A stretch of DNA of 64,000 nucleotides. It comes from Blastocatellia bacterium (GTDB lineage: Bacteria; Acidobacteriota; Blastocatellia; UBA7656). The notes beneath the pieces were generated by a model. It was given only the letters and a program-made list of their open reading frames with translations. It had not been told where the DNA came from and ran no database searches. A program made the position numbers and the translations under genes. Shown in pieces: positions 52,975-64,000 of the stretch; position 1 is the stretch's first letter, and each line of letters starts with the position of its first letter. Where the stretch lies: contig DATENM010000014.1 in assembly GCA_035275065.1 (NCBI GenBank), forward strand, positions 151,178 through 215,177, written 5' to 3'.

Positions 52975-55422
52975 ATGGATAACTTATGGAAAGACCTGCG
53001 CTATGGAATGCGCATGCTGATGAACAAGCCGGGCTTCGCCGCGGTGGCGATCATTACGCTGGCGTTGGGGATCGGCGCCAACACGGCGATCTTCTCCGTC
53101 GTCAACGCCGTGCTGTTGCAGCCGCTGCCGTACCGCGAGCCGGACAAGCTGGTGCGCGTCTACACAGAGTTCCCGACCATGGGGCTGCGGAAGTTCTGGA
53201 TGTCTGTGCCCGAGTTCACCGACATCCGCAACGAAGCGCAGTCGTGGGAGAGCCTCGGTGCCTGGTCGAGCGGCGGCGTCAACGTCGCCAGCGCCAGCGA
53301 GCCGATCCGCGTCACCTCGGCCTCGATCACGCGCGGGCTGATTGACGTGCTCGGCGTGCAGCCGGCCATGGGCCGCAACTTCACCGAAGAAGAGGACCGC
53401 AGGGGCGGGCCGCGCGCCGCGTTGATCGCCGACGGCCTGTGGCGCAGCGCTTTCGGCGCAGACCCCGACATTATCGGTAAAGAGATTCAGATCAACGCCC
53501 AGCCGTACACGGTCATCGGCGTCATGCCGCGCAGCTTCAACTTCCCTGCCGGCAGCAACGACCCGGCGCAGGTCTGGGTGTCGTTCCAGTTCGACCCGAC
53601 CACCCCCGGCAACCGCGCCGGCCACTTCTTGAACGTCATTGGCCGGCTCAAGCCCGACGCCACGCTCGACCAGGCGCGCTCCGAGTTGAGCTCGCTGATG
53701 GCCGGCTGGCGGCAAGAGAACCGCGCCCGCCACCTGATGAATGCCGAGAACCACCCGGTGCTGATGTTCCCGCTGCACGAAGACGTCGTCGGCGCGGCGC
53801 GGCCCGCCGTCTTGATGCTGTTGGGCGCGGTGGCGTTCGTCTTGTTGATCGCCTGCGTCAACGTCGCCAACCTGTTGCTGGCGCGGGCCGAGGCGCGACG
53901 CCGCGAGTTCGCCATCCGCCTGGCGATGGGCGCTGGCCGCACGCGCCTGCTGCGCCAGTTCCTCGCCGAAGGGCTGATCCTCGTCGTGCTCGGCGCAGGG
54001 GCCGGCTTGATCCTCGGCAAGCTCGGACTCAGCCTGGTGATCGCTGCGGCGCCCGACAGCGTGCCGCGCACTAGCGAGATCAGCATCAACCTGCCGGTGC
54101 TGGCTTTCACGCTGGGGCTATCGGTGCTGTCGGTGCTGGTTTTTGCCATGGCGCCGCTGGTGCAGATGCGCGAGCGCGACCTGGCGACCTGGCTGCACGG
54201 CTCGGGCAAGGGCTCAGGCAGCGGCGGCCAGCGTTTGCGCAAGGCGCTGGTGATCGCCGAGATTGCCCTGGCCGTCGTGCCGATGATCGGCTCGGGGCTG
54301 ATGGTGCGGGCCTTCTGGAAGCTGCGTCAGGTTGACATGGGGTTCGAGCCGCGCGGCGTCATCGCCTTCAACCTGGCGCTGCCGCGAAGCCGCTACCAGA
54401 ACCCCGACCTGCTGAAGTTCGGCGAGACGCTCGAAACCAAGCTGACAGCGCTGCCGGGCGTCCAGGCCGCGGCCATCGCCGGCGAGTTGCCGCCCGTCCG
54501 CCCCATAGACGCCAACGACACACAGATCGAAGGCTTCCAGCCGACGCCGGACGGCCCGGCGCAGAACGTCGACTTCTGGAACATCATCGGCAAGGATTAC
54601 TTTAAGGCGATGGGGATTCGCACCATCGAGGGCCGCACCTTCGAGCCGATGGACATGGGCGACAAGGCGCAGAAGGTCGTGGTTATCAACCAGGCGCTGG
54701 CGCGGCGCTTCTGGCCCGGTGAGAGCCCCATCGGACGGCGTCTCAACCCCCAGGTCGCTGCCGAGCCGACGTGGTTCACCATCGTCGGCATCGTCGAAGA
54801 CACCAAGAATCTGGGCACGGACAAGCCGGCGGGCACAGAGCTTTACATCCTCGAACACCAGACGGTCGAGTTCGGAATCAACAGCGTCAAGAGCTTCGTC
54901 GTGCGCACAGATGGCACGCCGGGCGCGACCATGTCGGGCATCCGCTCGGCGGTCGCCGAGATGGACCCGAGCATTCCGATCTACAGCATGAAGACCATGG
55001 GCGATATCGTCGGCGATTCGCTGGTCAAGCCGCGTTTCCTGTCGCTGCTGCTCGGGGCGTTTTCGCTGATCGCCATCGCGCTGGCGGCCATCGGCATCTA
55101 CGGCGTCATGGCCTACGCGGTGACGCAGCGCACGCAAGAGATCGGCTTGCGCGTGGCGCTCGGGGCGACGACGCGCAACGTGCTGGGGATGGTGCTGGGC
55201 CAGGGCTTGAGGATGACGGTGATCGGCCTGGCGGTGGGCCTGGGCGGCGCCTTCTTCCTGACGCGGGTGATGGCCAGCCTGCTGTTTGAAGTCAGCACCA
55301 CTGACCCGCTGACCTTCGTGGTGGTCGGGGTGGGGCTTACGGCGGTCGGCTTGCTGGCCTGCTTCGTTCCGGCACGCCGCGCCGCCCGCGTTGACCCGAT
55401 GATCGCGCTCAGATACGAATGA
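52975..55422 (+). CDS. ADOP-family permease, paralog 8
   Basis: AAGGAGG lies before the ATG. N-terminus MDNLWKDLRYGMRMLMNKPGFAAVAII...; C-terminus ...[17 protein letters not shown]. Confidence 0.85.
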   Translation: MDNLWKDLRYGMRMLMNKPGFAAVAIITLALGIGANTAIFSVVNAVLLQPLPYREPDKLVRVYTEFPTMGLRKFWMSVPEFTDIRNEAQSWESLGAWSSGGVNVASASEPIRVTSASITRGLIDVLGVQPAMGRNFTEEEDRRGGPRAALIADGLWRSAFGADPDIIGKEIQINAQPYTVIGVMPRSFNFPAGSNDPAQVWVSFQFDPTTPGNRAGHFLNVIGRLKPDATLDQARSELSSLMAGWRQENRARHLMNAENHPVLMFPLHEDVVGAARPAVLMLLGAVAFVLLIACVNVANLLLARAEARRREFAIRLAMGAGRTRLLRQFLAEGLILVVLGAGAGLILGKLGLSLVIAAAPDSVPRTSEISINLPVLAFTLGLSVLSVLVFAMAPLVQMRERDLATWLHGSGKGSGSGGQRLRKALVIAEIALAVVPMIGSGLMVRAFWKLRQVDMGFEPRGVIAFNLALPRSRYQNPDLLKFGETLETKLTALPGVQAAAIAGELPPVRPIDANDTQIEGFQPTPDGPAQNVDFWNIIGKDYFKAMGIRTIEGRTFEPMDMGDKAQKVVVINQALARRFWPGESPIGRRLNPQVAAEPTWFTIVGIVEDTKNLGTDKPAGTELYILEHQTVEFGINSVKSFVVRTDGTPGATMSGIRSAVAEMDPSIPIYSMKTMGDIVGDSLVKPRFLSLLLGAFSLIAIALAAIGIYGVMAYAVTQRTQEIGLRVALGATTRNVLGMVLGQGLRMTVIGLAVGLGGAFFLTRVMASLLFEVSTTDPLTFVVVGVGLTAVGLLACFVPARRAARVDPMIALRYE

Positions 55423-55553
55423 TTCGAATGCGGATTGCGGATTGCGGATTGCGGATTATCGAGCTTGTTCCTGAGTTTCATTTGAACCCTCGCAGGCTCA
55501 AGTTCTGAAGAGAATCCGCGGTTCCAGAATCCGCAATCCGCAATCCGCAATTC
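55421..55553. repeat. (GATTGCG)n palindromic element, copy 2
   Basis: gattcgaatgcggattgcggattgcggattgcggatt ... cagaatccgcaatccgcaatccgcaattc, then AAGGAG and the ATG at 55566. Confidence 0.8.
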
Positions 55554-55565
55554 AAGGAGATAATT

Positions 55566-56456
55566 ATGCTTTTAACGATCTGCATGCTCTTTTTCGGCTT
55601 CTCGCCATCCGCTTCAACCGATGAATGGTCGAGAAGCTATCAGGTACAAGGCACGCCGAAAGTCCACGTCGAAACCGGCGACGCGAACATTCATGTGACG
55701 GTCGGCGAAGGCCGCACGGTCGCCGCCCGCATTACGACCGAAGGCTGGAAGATCGGCGGCGACGGCATCACGATCAGCGACCACCAGACCGGCGATCAGG
55801 TCGAGATCGAGGTGCGCTTCCCACGCCATATGTTTCACATCGACCTGGGCCACAGGCGCGTCGATATCGAGATCAAGGTGCCGCGCGAGGCCAGCCTCGA
55901 CCTGCACACAGGCGATGGCAACGTGGATGCGCAGGGCGTGCGCGGGTCAATCGTCTTGCGCAGCGGCGACGGCAACCTCAACCTATCGAACCTGGACGGA
56001 ACACTGCGCGCCGAGACCGGCGATGGCAACATCGATATGCGCGACGTTCGTGGCGACCTGACCCTGCACACCGGCGACGGGCGAATCGATGTGAGCGGCA
56101 TAGACGGCTCGTTGCGCGCTGAAACCGGCGACGGGCGCATCCACGTCAATGGGCGCTTTGACCTGCTCGATGTGAAGACCGGCGACGGCGGCATCAACGC
56201 CGAAGCGCTCGACGGCTCGAAGCTGGACGCCAACTGGCGGTTGAGCAGCGGCGATGGTGATTTGACGGTGCGCGTGCCAGCGACAATGGCTGCCGATGTC
56301 GAATTACACACCAGCGACGGGCACATTGATCTGGCGATGCCGGTCACGGTCATGGGCCGCACGGGAACACGCGAGCTGCACGGACGCATCAACGGCGGCG
56401 GCAAATTGCTCTCGTTGAGAACCGGCGATGGCTCGATCCGCCTGGAGCAGAAGTAA
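55566..56456 (+). CDS. DUF4097-type beta-helix repeat protein (LiaG/putative adhesin-like)
   Basis: Signal-like N-terminus. There are about 12 tandem ~19-21 aa repeats, for example TGDGNIDMRDVRGDLTLH-TGDGRIDVSGIDGSLRAE. Confidence 0.7.
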   Translation: MLLTICMLFFGFSPSASTDEWSRSYQVQGTPKVHVETGDANIHVTVGEGRTVAARITTEGWKIGGDGITISDHQTGDQVEIEVRFPRHMFHIDLGHRRVDIEIKVPREASLDLHTGDGNVDAQGVRGSIVLRSGDGNLNLSNLDGTLRAETGDGNIDMRDVRGDLTLHTGDGRIDVSGIDGSLRAETGDGRIHVNGRFDLLDVKTGDGGINAEALDGSKLDANWRLSSGDGDLTVRVPATMAADVELHTSDGHIDLAMPVTVMGRTGTRELHGRINGGGKLLSLRTGDGSIRLEQK

Positions 56457-56752
56457 GCAGGAGGCAGGAGGCAGGAGGCAGGAGGCAGTGCGTCGCCAAG
56501 CTCCGTAGGAGCGTGATGTTTATAGAGCGTGTCTGAAAAGACAGCTCCGTTAGGAGCGTGATGTTTATAGTCACCGGGTCGGTGTATTCATCAAGCTCCG
56601 TAGGAGCGCAATGTCAACATTCCGCCCCTACGGAGCTTGTTTCTTTTTTATGCCTGTAACTATTAACATCGCGTCCCTACGGGACTCTCTCCTGCCTCCT
56701 GCTTCCTGCCTCCTGCTTCCTGCCTCCTGCCTCCTGCTCTCTCCCCGCCCGC
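56457..56752. repeat. Heptamer-arm palindromic element, (GCAGGAG)n family, copy C, with a ~200 bp core that is the reverse complement of copy B's core
   Basis: The arms are gcaggaggcaggaggcaggaggcaggaggcag and ctcctgcctcctgcttcctgcctcctgcttcctgcctcctgcctcctgctctctcc. The core has 4 repeats of agctccgt(t)aggagcg[tc][ga]atgt. For example, C aatgttgacattgcgctcctacggagcttg (revcomp) aligns with B aaatgttgacatcgcgctcctacggagcttg. Confidence 0.8.
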
Positions 56753-56922
56753 TTTTGGGAAGCGCAATCCCGCAATCGGACAAGCGCCCGCCGCGCGCTT
56801 TCCGCAGTCCGCCTGCAAGTCTTAGCCCTTCAGCGTTTATTGCCACGCCATCTGCGGCACACCGATTGAACATCGAGGCGGGATTATTTCTTCTTCCAGC
56901 TCTGCACTGAGGAGACAAGACC

Positions 56923-59322
56923 ATGGCCACGCTCTGGCAAGACCTGCGCTATGCCACACGCATGTTGCTGAAAAGTCCCACCTACACGGCGGTTGCTATT
57001 CTGGCTCTGGCCTTAGGCATCGGGGCGAATACCGCCATCTTTTCAGTCGTCAACGCGCTGTTGCTGCGCCCACTGCCTTACATCGATTCCGAGCGCCTCG
57101 TGCTTGTCGAATCGGCCAACCAAAAGGCCGGCGCGCAGCCGCTCGGCGGCGTTTCGCCCGCGGACTTCTGGGACTTCCAGGAGCAGAGCGAAAGCTTCGA
57201 GCAACTGGTCGCCATGTCGGGCGGCGGCTTCAGCCTGACCGGTGTTGAAAACCCCGAATCGTTCCCCGGCGCGCGCGTCTCGACCAACTTCTTCGACGCG
57301 CTGCACGCCCGCCCGCTGCTGGGCCGCACCTTTCGCCCCGAAGATGGCTTCGTCAAGGCCGACGACACCATCATCCTCAGTTACCGTCTGTGGCAGGAAC
57401 GTTTCGGCGGCGACCCGAACGTCATCGGCACGACGCTTGGCGACACCGGCACGACGGTCATCGGCGTGATGCCGCCCGACTTTAAGTATCCCGGCTTCGC
57501 GCAGGTGTGGATTCCGCTGTCAAAAGATTCCGGCGAGATGCACAACCGCAGCAACCGCTACTTCGGCGTGATGGGCATGCTCAAGCCTGGGCAGACGCTT
57601 TCGGCGGCGCAGACCGAGTTGCAGACCATCGCCGGCCGACTCGAAGCGCAATACCCCGACAACGACAAAGAGATCACCGCAAAGTTGACGCTGTTTCGCA
57701 AATGGGTGGTGCGTGACGTGCAGGCGTCGCTGTGGATTCTGATGGGCGCGGTGACATTGATCCTGCTGATCGCCTGCGCCAACGTCGCTAATCTCTTGCT
57801 CGCCCGCGCCGCTTCAAGGCGTAAAGAGCTGGCGATTCGTTTCGCGTTGGGCGCGAGCCGCTGGCGCGTGATGCAGCAATTGCTGGCCGAGAGCCTGTTG
57901 CTGGCGCTGATCGGCGGCGCTGCCGGATTGCTGCTGGCGCTGTGGGGCGTAGACGCGCTGATGGGCTTGATGCCGGCAAGCTGGAACAACCTGAAGCTGC
58001 AAGACAAGGTCGGCATCGATCTGCTGGTGCTGGCCTTCACGCTGGCGACGACGCTGGTGACCGGCATCGCGCTTGGCCTGATCCCGGCGTGGCAGGCGTC
58101 GCGGCCCGACGTCAACGAATGGCTGAAGGAAGCCGGGCGCGGCTCGGAGGGCGTACGCCACCGCCGCACGCGGAATGTATTTGTCGTTACAGAGATCGCC
58201 CTTGCCCTGGTGGTGCTGATCGGCGCCGGGCTGCTGATTAACAGCTTCCTAAGACTGCAACGCAACGACCTCGGCTTCAACCCGCGCGGCCTGATGAACC
58301 TGAGCTTTGCGATGCCTTTCAATCGCTACCCGGATGACGCAGCGCGGTCGCGCTTCATCAAGCGCGTGCTTGACGAAGCGACCGCCGCGCCGGGCGTCGA
58401 AGCGGTGGCGGCGACCAGCGGCAACGTCTTCCCGTTTCTCTTTTTCAGCTTTAGCATCGTCGGCCAGCCGCAAGCAGTCGAGCAGGAAGGACTCTACGAC
58501 GCCATCAGCCCGAATTATTTCCGCGTCATCGGCGCTGAGATGACGGCGGGCCGCGAGTTCAACGACCACGACGACCAGCGCGCCCCTGCCGTGGCGATCA
58601 TCAACGAGTCGCTCCGTCGGCAATACTTCGCCGACAGCGAGCCGCTCGGCCAGCGCATCACGGTCAACTTCCTCGGACGGCCGCAGATGCGCGAGATTGT
58701 CGGCGTCGTCCGCGACTTCAATCAGGGCGAGCCGGGCAAGGTCACGCCGCAGGTCTTCGTCTGTTACCTGCAACAGCCGTGGCTGTCGGCTTCATTGCTG
58801 GTGCGCTCGGCGGGTGATACGGAAGCGACGCGCAAGTCTGTGCAAAGCGCCATCTGGGCCGTAGACAAAACGCAGCCGGCGCGCCGCCCAGACATGGCCG
58901 AGACCGTGTTAAACACGGCGCTCGGCGAGCCGCGTCTCTACACCTTGCTGCTCGGCAGCTTCGCGGCGCTGGCGCTGGTGCTCGCCGCGGTCGGCATCTA
59001 TGGCGTGATGAGCTACTCGGTGGCACAGCGCACGCAAGAGATCGGCATCCGCATGGCGCTCGGCGCAAGTCCCGGCAAGGTGCTGCGGATGATCGTCGGC
59101 CAGGGCATGACGCTGATCGTCGCCGGCATCACCTTCGGCCTGATCGGGGCATTCGTGCTGACGCGGCTGCTGGCGAGCCTGCTGTTTCGCATCAGCGCCA
59201 CCGATCCGCTGACCTACGCGGCGGTTATTCTCTTGCTGGCGCTGGTGGCGCTCGCCGCCTGTTACATCCCGGCACGGCGGGCGACGAAGGTTGATCCGAT
59301 GATCGCGCTGCGTTACGAGTAG
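56923..59322 (+). CDS. ADOP-family permease, paralog 9
   Basis: N-terminus MATLWQDLRYATRMLLKSPTYTAVAIL...; C-terminus ...[17 protein letters not shown]. Confidence 0.85.
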   Translation: MATLWQDLRYATRMLLKSPTYTAVAILALALGIGANTAIFSVVNALLLRPLPYIDSERLVLVESANQKAGAQPLGGVSPADFWDFQEQSESFEQLVAMSGGGFSLTGVENPESFPGARVSTNFFDALHARPLLGRTFRPEDGFVKADDTIILSYRLWQERFGGDPNVIGTTLGDTGTTVIGVMPPDFKYPGFAQVWIPLSKDSGEMHNRSNRYFGVMGMLKPGQTLSAAQTELQTIAGRLEAQYPDNDKEITAKLTLFRKWVVRDVQASLWILMGAVTLILLIACANVANLLLARAASRRKELAIRFALGASRWRVMQQLLAESLLLALIGGAAGLLLALWGVDALMGLMPASWNNLKLQDKVGIDLLVLAFTLATTLVTGIALGLIPAWQASRPDVNEWLKEAGRGSEGVRHRRTRNVFVVTEIALALVVLIGAGLLINSFLRLQRNDLGFNPRGLMNLSFAMPFNRYPDDAARSRFIKRVLDEATAAPGVEAVAATSGNVFPFLFFSFSIVGQPQAVEQEGLYDAISPNYFRVIGAEMTAGREFNDHDDQRAPAVAIINESLRRQYFADSEPLGQRITVNFLGRPQMREIVGVVRDFNQGEPGKVTPQVFVCYLQQPWLSASLLVRSAGDTEATRKSVQSAIWAVDKTQPARRPDMAETVLNTALGEPRLYTLLLGSFAALALVLAAVGIYGVMSYSVAQRTQEIGIRMALGASPGKVLRMIVGQGMTLIVAGITFGLIGAFVLTRLLASLLFRISATDPLTYAAVILLLALVALAACYIPARRATKVDPMIALRYE

Positions 59323-59451
59323 AAGTCAGGAGTCAGGAGTCAGGAGTCAGAATGGAAAAGGAAGAGGAGTCTCAAAGGTAGAATAAAAGCGGCGGCGAAG
59401 CCGACTCCCCTTTTCATTCTGTCTTCTGACTTCTGACTCCTGACTCCCTGG
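59322..59451. repeat. (GGAGTCA)n palindromic element, copy 4
   Basis: gaagtcaggagtcaggagtcaggagtcagaat...aataaaagcggcggcgaagccgactcc...attctgtcttctgacttctgactcctgactccctgg, then GGAGG and the ATG at 59459. Confidence 0.8.
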
Positions 59452-59458
59452 AGGTTTT

Positions 59459-61855
<2,397 letters not shown>

Positions 61856-61862
61856 GGGACTT

Positions 61863-64000
61863 ATGCAAACACTGCTGCAAGATGTGCGGTATGGCTGGCG
61901 GATGCTGCTGAAGCGGCCCGGCTTCACGTTCGTTGCCGTCCTCACGCTGGCTTTAGGCATCGGCGCGAACACCGCCATCTTCAGCGTCGTTTATGGCGTC
62001 TTGCTGCGCCCGCTGCCCTTCGCTCATCAGGAAAGCCTGATCGTCGCCTGGAAGAAAGACACGACCGCCACCGCGCCTTTCGTCGAGCTGTCGCCCGCCG
62101 AATTCAAAGACTGGCAGGCCGCGAGCCAGAGCTTTGCTGAGATGGCGGCGATGCCGACGACGGCCTACGGTTACGGCTACGTGCTGACCGGCGGCGATGA
62201 AGCCGTACAGCTCGAAAGCTCAAAGGTGACGGGCGGCTTCTTTTCACTGCTCGGCGCGCAACCGGCGCTTGGCCGCGTCCTCGACGAAAACGACGATCAG
62301 GTGAATGCGCCGAAAGTCGCCGTGCTGAGCGACCGGCTATGGCGCACGACCTTCAACGCTGACCCGGAGATCATCGGGCGCACACTGACGCTCACAGGCC
62401 AGGGCTTCACGGTCGTCGGCGTCATGCCGCCGCAATTTGAATTCCCCCGCGGCGTTGACCTATGGGTGCCGCTGACGGCGACGATGAACCCGCGCGTCTG
62501 GCAAAATCGCGGCGCGATCTTCTTGCAAGCCGTCGGCAGGCTGAAGCCCGGCGTCACTCGCGAGCAAGCCGAAGCCGAGTTGAACACAGTCATCGCAAGC
62601 ATTGCCGAACAACACCCGGAGACCGCTGCCGCGGGCCATCGCGTCGTCATCACGCCGCTGGCTGAGCATCTCTTCGGCGACGCCCGTCCGGCGCTCTGGC
62701 TGCTGCTGGCCGCCACCGCGCTGTTGCTGCTAATCGCCTCGGCCAACATCGCCAACCTGCTGCTGGCGCGCGCGACTTCGCGGCGTCGGGAGTTCGCCTT
62801 GCGCACCGCGCTCGGGGCCAGCCGCTGGCAGATTATTCGGCAACTATTGACTGAGAGCCTGGTGCTTGCGGTCATCGGTGGCGGGCTCGGCTTGCTGCTG
62901 GCGCACTGGCTGGTTGACCTGCTCATCCAGGTCGCCCCCGCCGACGTGCCGCGCATCAACGAAGTCCGTCTCAGTTTGCCGGCGCTCGCCTTCAGTGCTC
63001 TTGTCACGCTGTCGGCAAGCCTGATGTTCGGACTGATCCCGGCGCTCGCGGCTTCCAGGCTCAACCTCAGCGAGACGCTCAACGAAGGTAGCTCCAGGCT
63101 ATCGGGCGACCGCGCCGGCAAGCGGCTGCGCCAGTCGCTGATCGTTGCCGAAATCGCCATCACCATGGTGCTGCTGGCGGGCGCGGCGCTCATCCTGCGC
63201 AGTTTCATGAACCTCAGCCGCGTTGATCTCGGCCTTGAGCCGCGCAACGTTCTGACCATGCAGTTGCGGCTGACCGGCGCGCGCTATGGCAAGCCCGAGG
63301 CGCGGCGCGAGTTCTTCAGCCGGCTGGTCGAGCGGCTCGAAAGCCAGCCCGGCGTCGTTGCTGCCGGCGGCGTGTTGATCCGCCCGCTCGAAGGCACGGT
63401 CGGCTGGGAGATGGATTACGCGCTCGAAGGCCAACCGCTGGACGAAGCGCGGCGCAACACCGTGGCAAACTTTGAAGTCGTCACGCCGCATTACTTCCGT
63501 GCCATGAATATCGCCATCAAGGCCGGGCGGGAATTTGCCGAACAGGACAGGGCCGACACCGAGCGCGTCGTCATCGTCAGCGAAAGTATGGCCAGGCAAC
63601 TCTTCGGGTCTGCCGAGGCGGCGGTGGGCAAACGCATCAAGCTTGAGCCGGCGTCGGCGGACGAGCCTTTGCGCACCATCGTCGCGGTTGCCGGTGACGT
63701 GCGTTACCGCGAGCTGCGCGACGTGCGTTGGGATGTTTATGTGCCGCATGCGCAGAGCGCGGTCACGCTCAACCATTTCGCCGTGCGCACGGCGACCGAG
63801 GCGACGGCCTTTCTGCCTGTCGTGCGGCGCGAAGTCGCGGCGCTCGACGCCACTCAAGCCATCGCCGGCGTCGCGACCGTCGAGCAACTGCTGGCCACGA
63901 ATCTGTCGCGCCCGCGGTTCAGCGCCTTGTTGTTGAACTGCTTGGCGGGGCTCGCCCTGCTGCTTGCAGGCGTCGGCATCTATGGCGTCGTCGCTTATTC
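61863..64000 (+). CDS. ADOP-family permease, paralog 11 (3' end beyond the window)
   Basis: The ATG at 61863 is 7 nt after the paralog-10 stop. N-terminus [50 protein letters not shown]. The reading frame is open to position 64000 and includes the first FtsX block (...[45 protein letters not shown]...). It is absent from the ORF track because it has no in-window stop. Confidence 0.8.
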   Translation, partial: MQTLLQDVRYGWRMLLKRPGFTFVAVLTLALGIGANTAIFSVVYGVLLRPLPFAHQESLIVAWKKDTTATAPFVELSPAEFKDWQAASQSFAEMAAMPTTAYGYGYVLTGGDEAVQLESSKVTGGFFSLLGAQPALGRVLDENDDQVNAPKVAVLSDRLWRTTFNADPEIIGRTLTLTGQGFTVVGVMPPQFEFPRGVDLWVPLTATMNPRVWQNRGAIFLQAVGRLKPGVTREQAEAELNTVIASIAEQHPETAAAGHRVVITPLAEHLFGDARPALWLLLAATALLLLIASANIANLLLARATSRRREFALRTALGASRWQIIRQLLTESLVLAVIGGGLGLLLAHWLVDLLIQVAPADVPRINEVRLSLPALAFSALVTLSASLMFGLIPALAASRLNLSETLNEGSSRLSGDRAGKRLRQSLIVAEIAITMVLLAGAALILRSFMNLSRVDLGLEPRNVLTMQLRLTGARYGKPEARREFFSRLVERLESQPGVVAAGGVLIRPLEGTVGWEMDYALEGQPLDEARRNTVANFEVVTPHYFRAMNIAIKAGREFAEQDRADTERVVIVSESMARQLFGSAEAAVGKRIKLEPASADEPLRTIVAVAGDVRYRELRDVRWDVYVPHAQSAVTLNHFAVRTATEATAFLPVVRREVAALDATQAIAGVATVEQLLATNLSRPRFSALLLNCLAGLALLLAGVGIYGVVAY

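Overview
High-GC (~65%) chromosomal segment that looks acidobacterial. The evidence is a VWFA-related Acidobacterial-domain protein (TIGR03436-like) and a tandem array of 11 ADOP-type (Acidobacterial Duplicated Orphan Permease, TIGR03434-like) MacB/FtsX double-permease paralogs, the last one partial at the window end.

The left 32 kb is a mixed region:
- a MEDS-domain gene fragment, a PTE-family hydrolase and a Uma2 endonuclease;
- a BNR/Asp-box secreted protein and two paralogous TolB-like-propeller + lectin-like secreted proteins (657 aa and 1507 aa, the latter with 3 FN3 domains);
- the VWA protein;
- an ECF sigma/anti-sigma pair followed by two HEAT-repeat proteins;
- a GH5 endoglucanase and a PhyH-family dioxygenase;
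- a CelD-like GNAT gene and a JmjC-cupin gene;
- rpsU;
- a small operon (tiny protein, 4TM protein, PBS-lyase HEAT protein);
- deoB, an orphan Eco57I/TaqI-like N6-adenine DNA methyltransferase and a YheT-like alpha/beta hydrolase;
- a receiver-GAF-PP2C response regulator.

The right 30 kb is the ADOP array. It has no ABC ATPase or membrane-fusion partner. A c-type cytochrome-LolA-like fusion gene and a DUF4097 beta-helix gene are embedded in it.

The most unusual signal is a family of intergenic palindromic elements whose arms are tandem 7-8 bp repeats: (GCAGGAG)n, (GTGACAA)n, (GGAGTCA)n, (GATTGCG)n and (CGCCAAGA)n.
- They sit immediately after stop codons and, in the ADOP array, immediately before the next ribosome-binding site.
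- Two copies (28.6 kb and 56.5 kb) share a ~200 bp internal core in opposite orientation, which looks MITE-like.
- One copy supplies the last 12 codons of the methyltransferase gene.

No tRNA, rRNA or CRISPR array was recognised. Domain calls come from motif recognition by eye; no searches were run.
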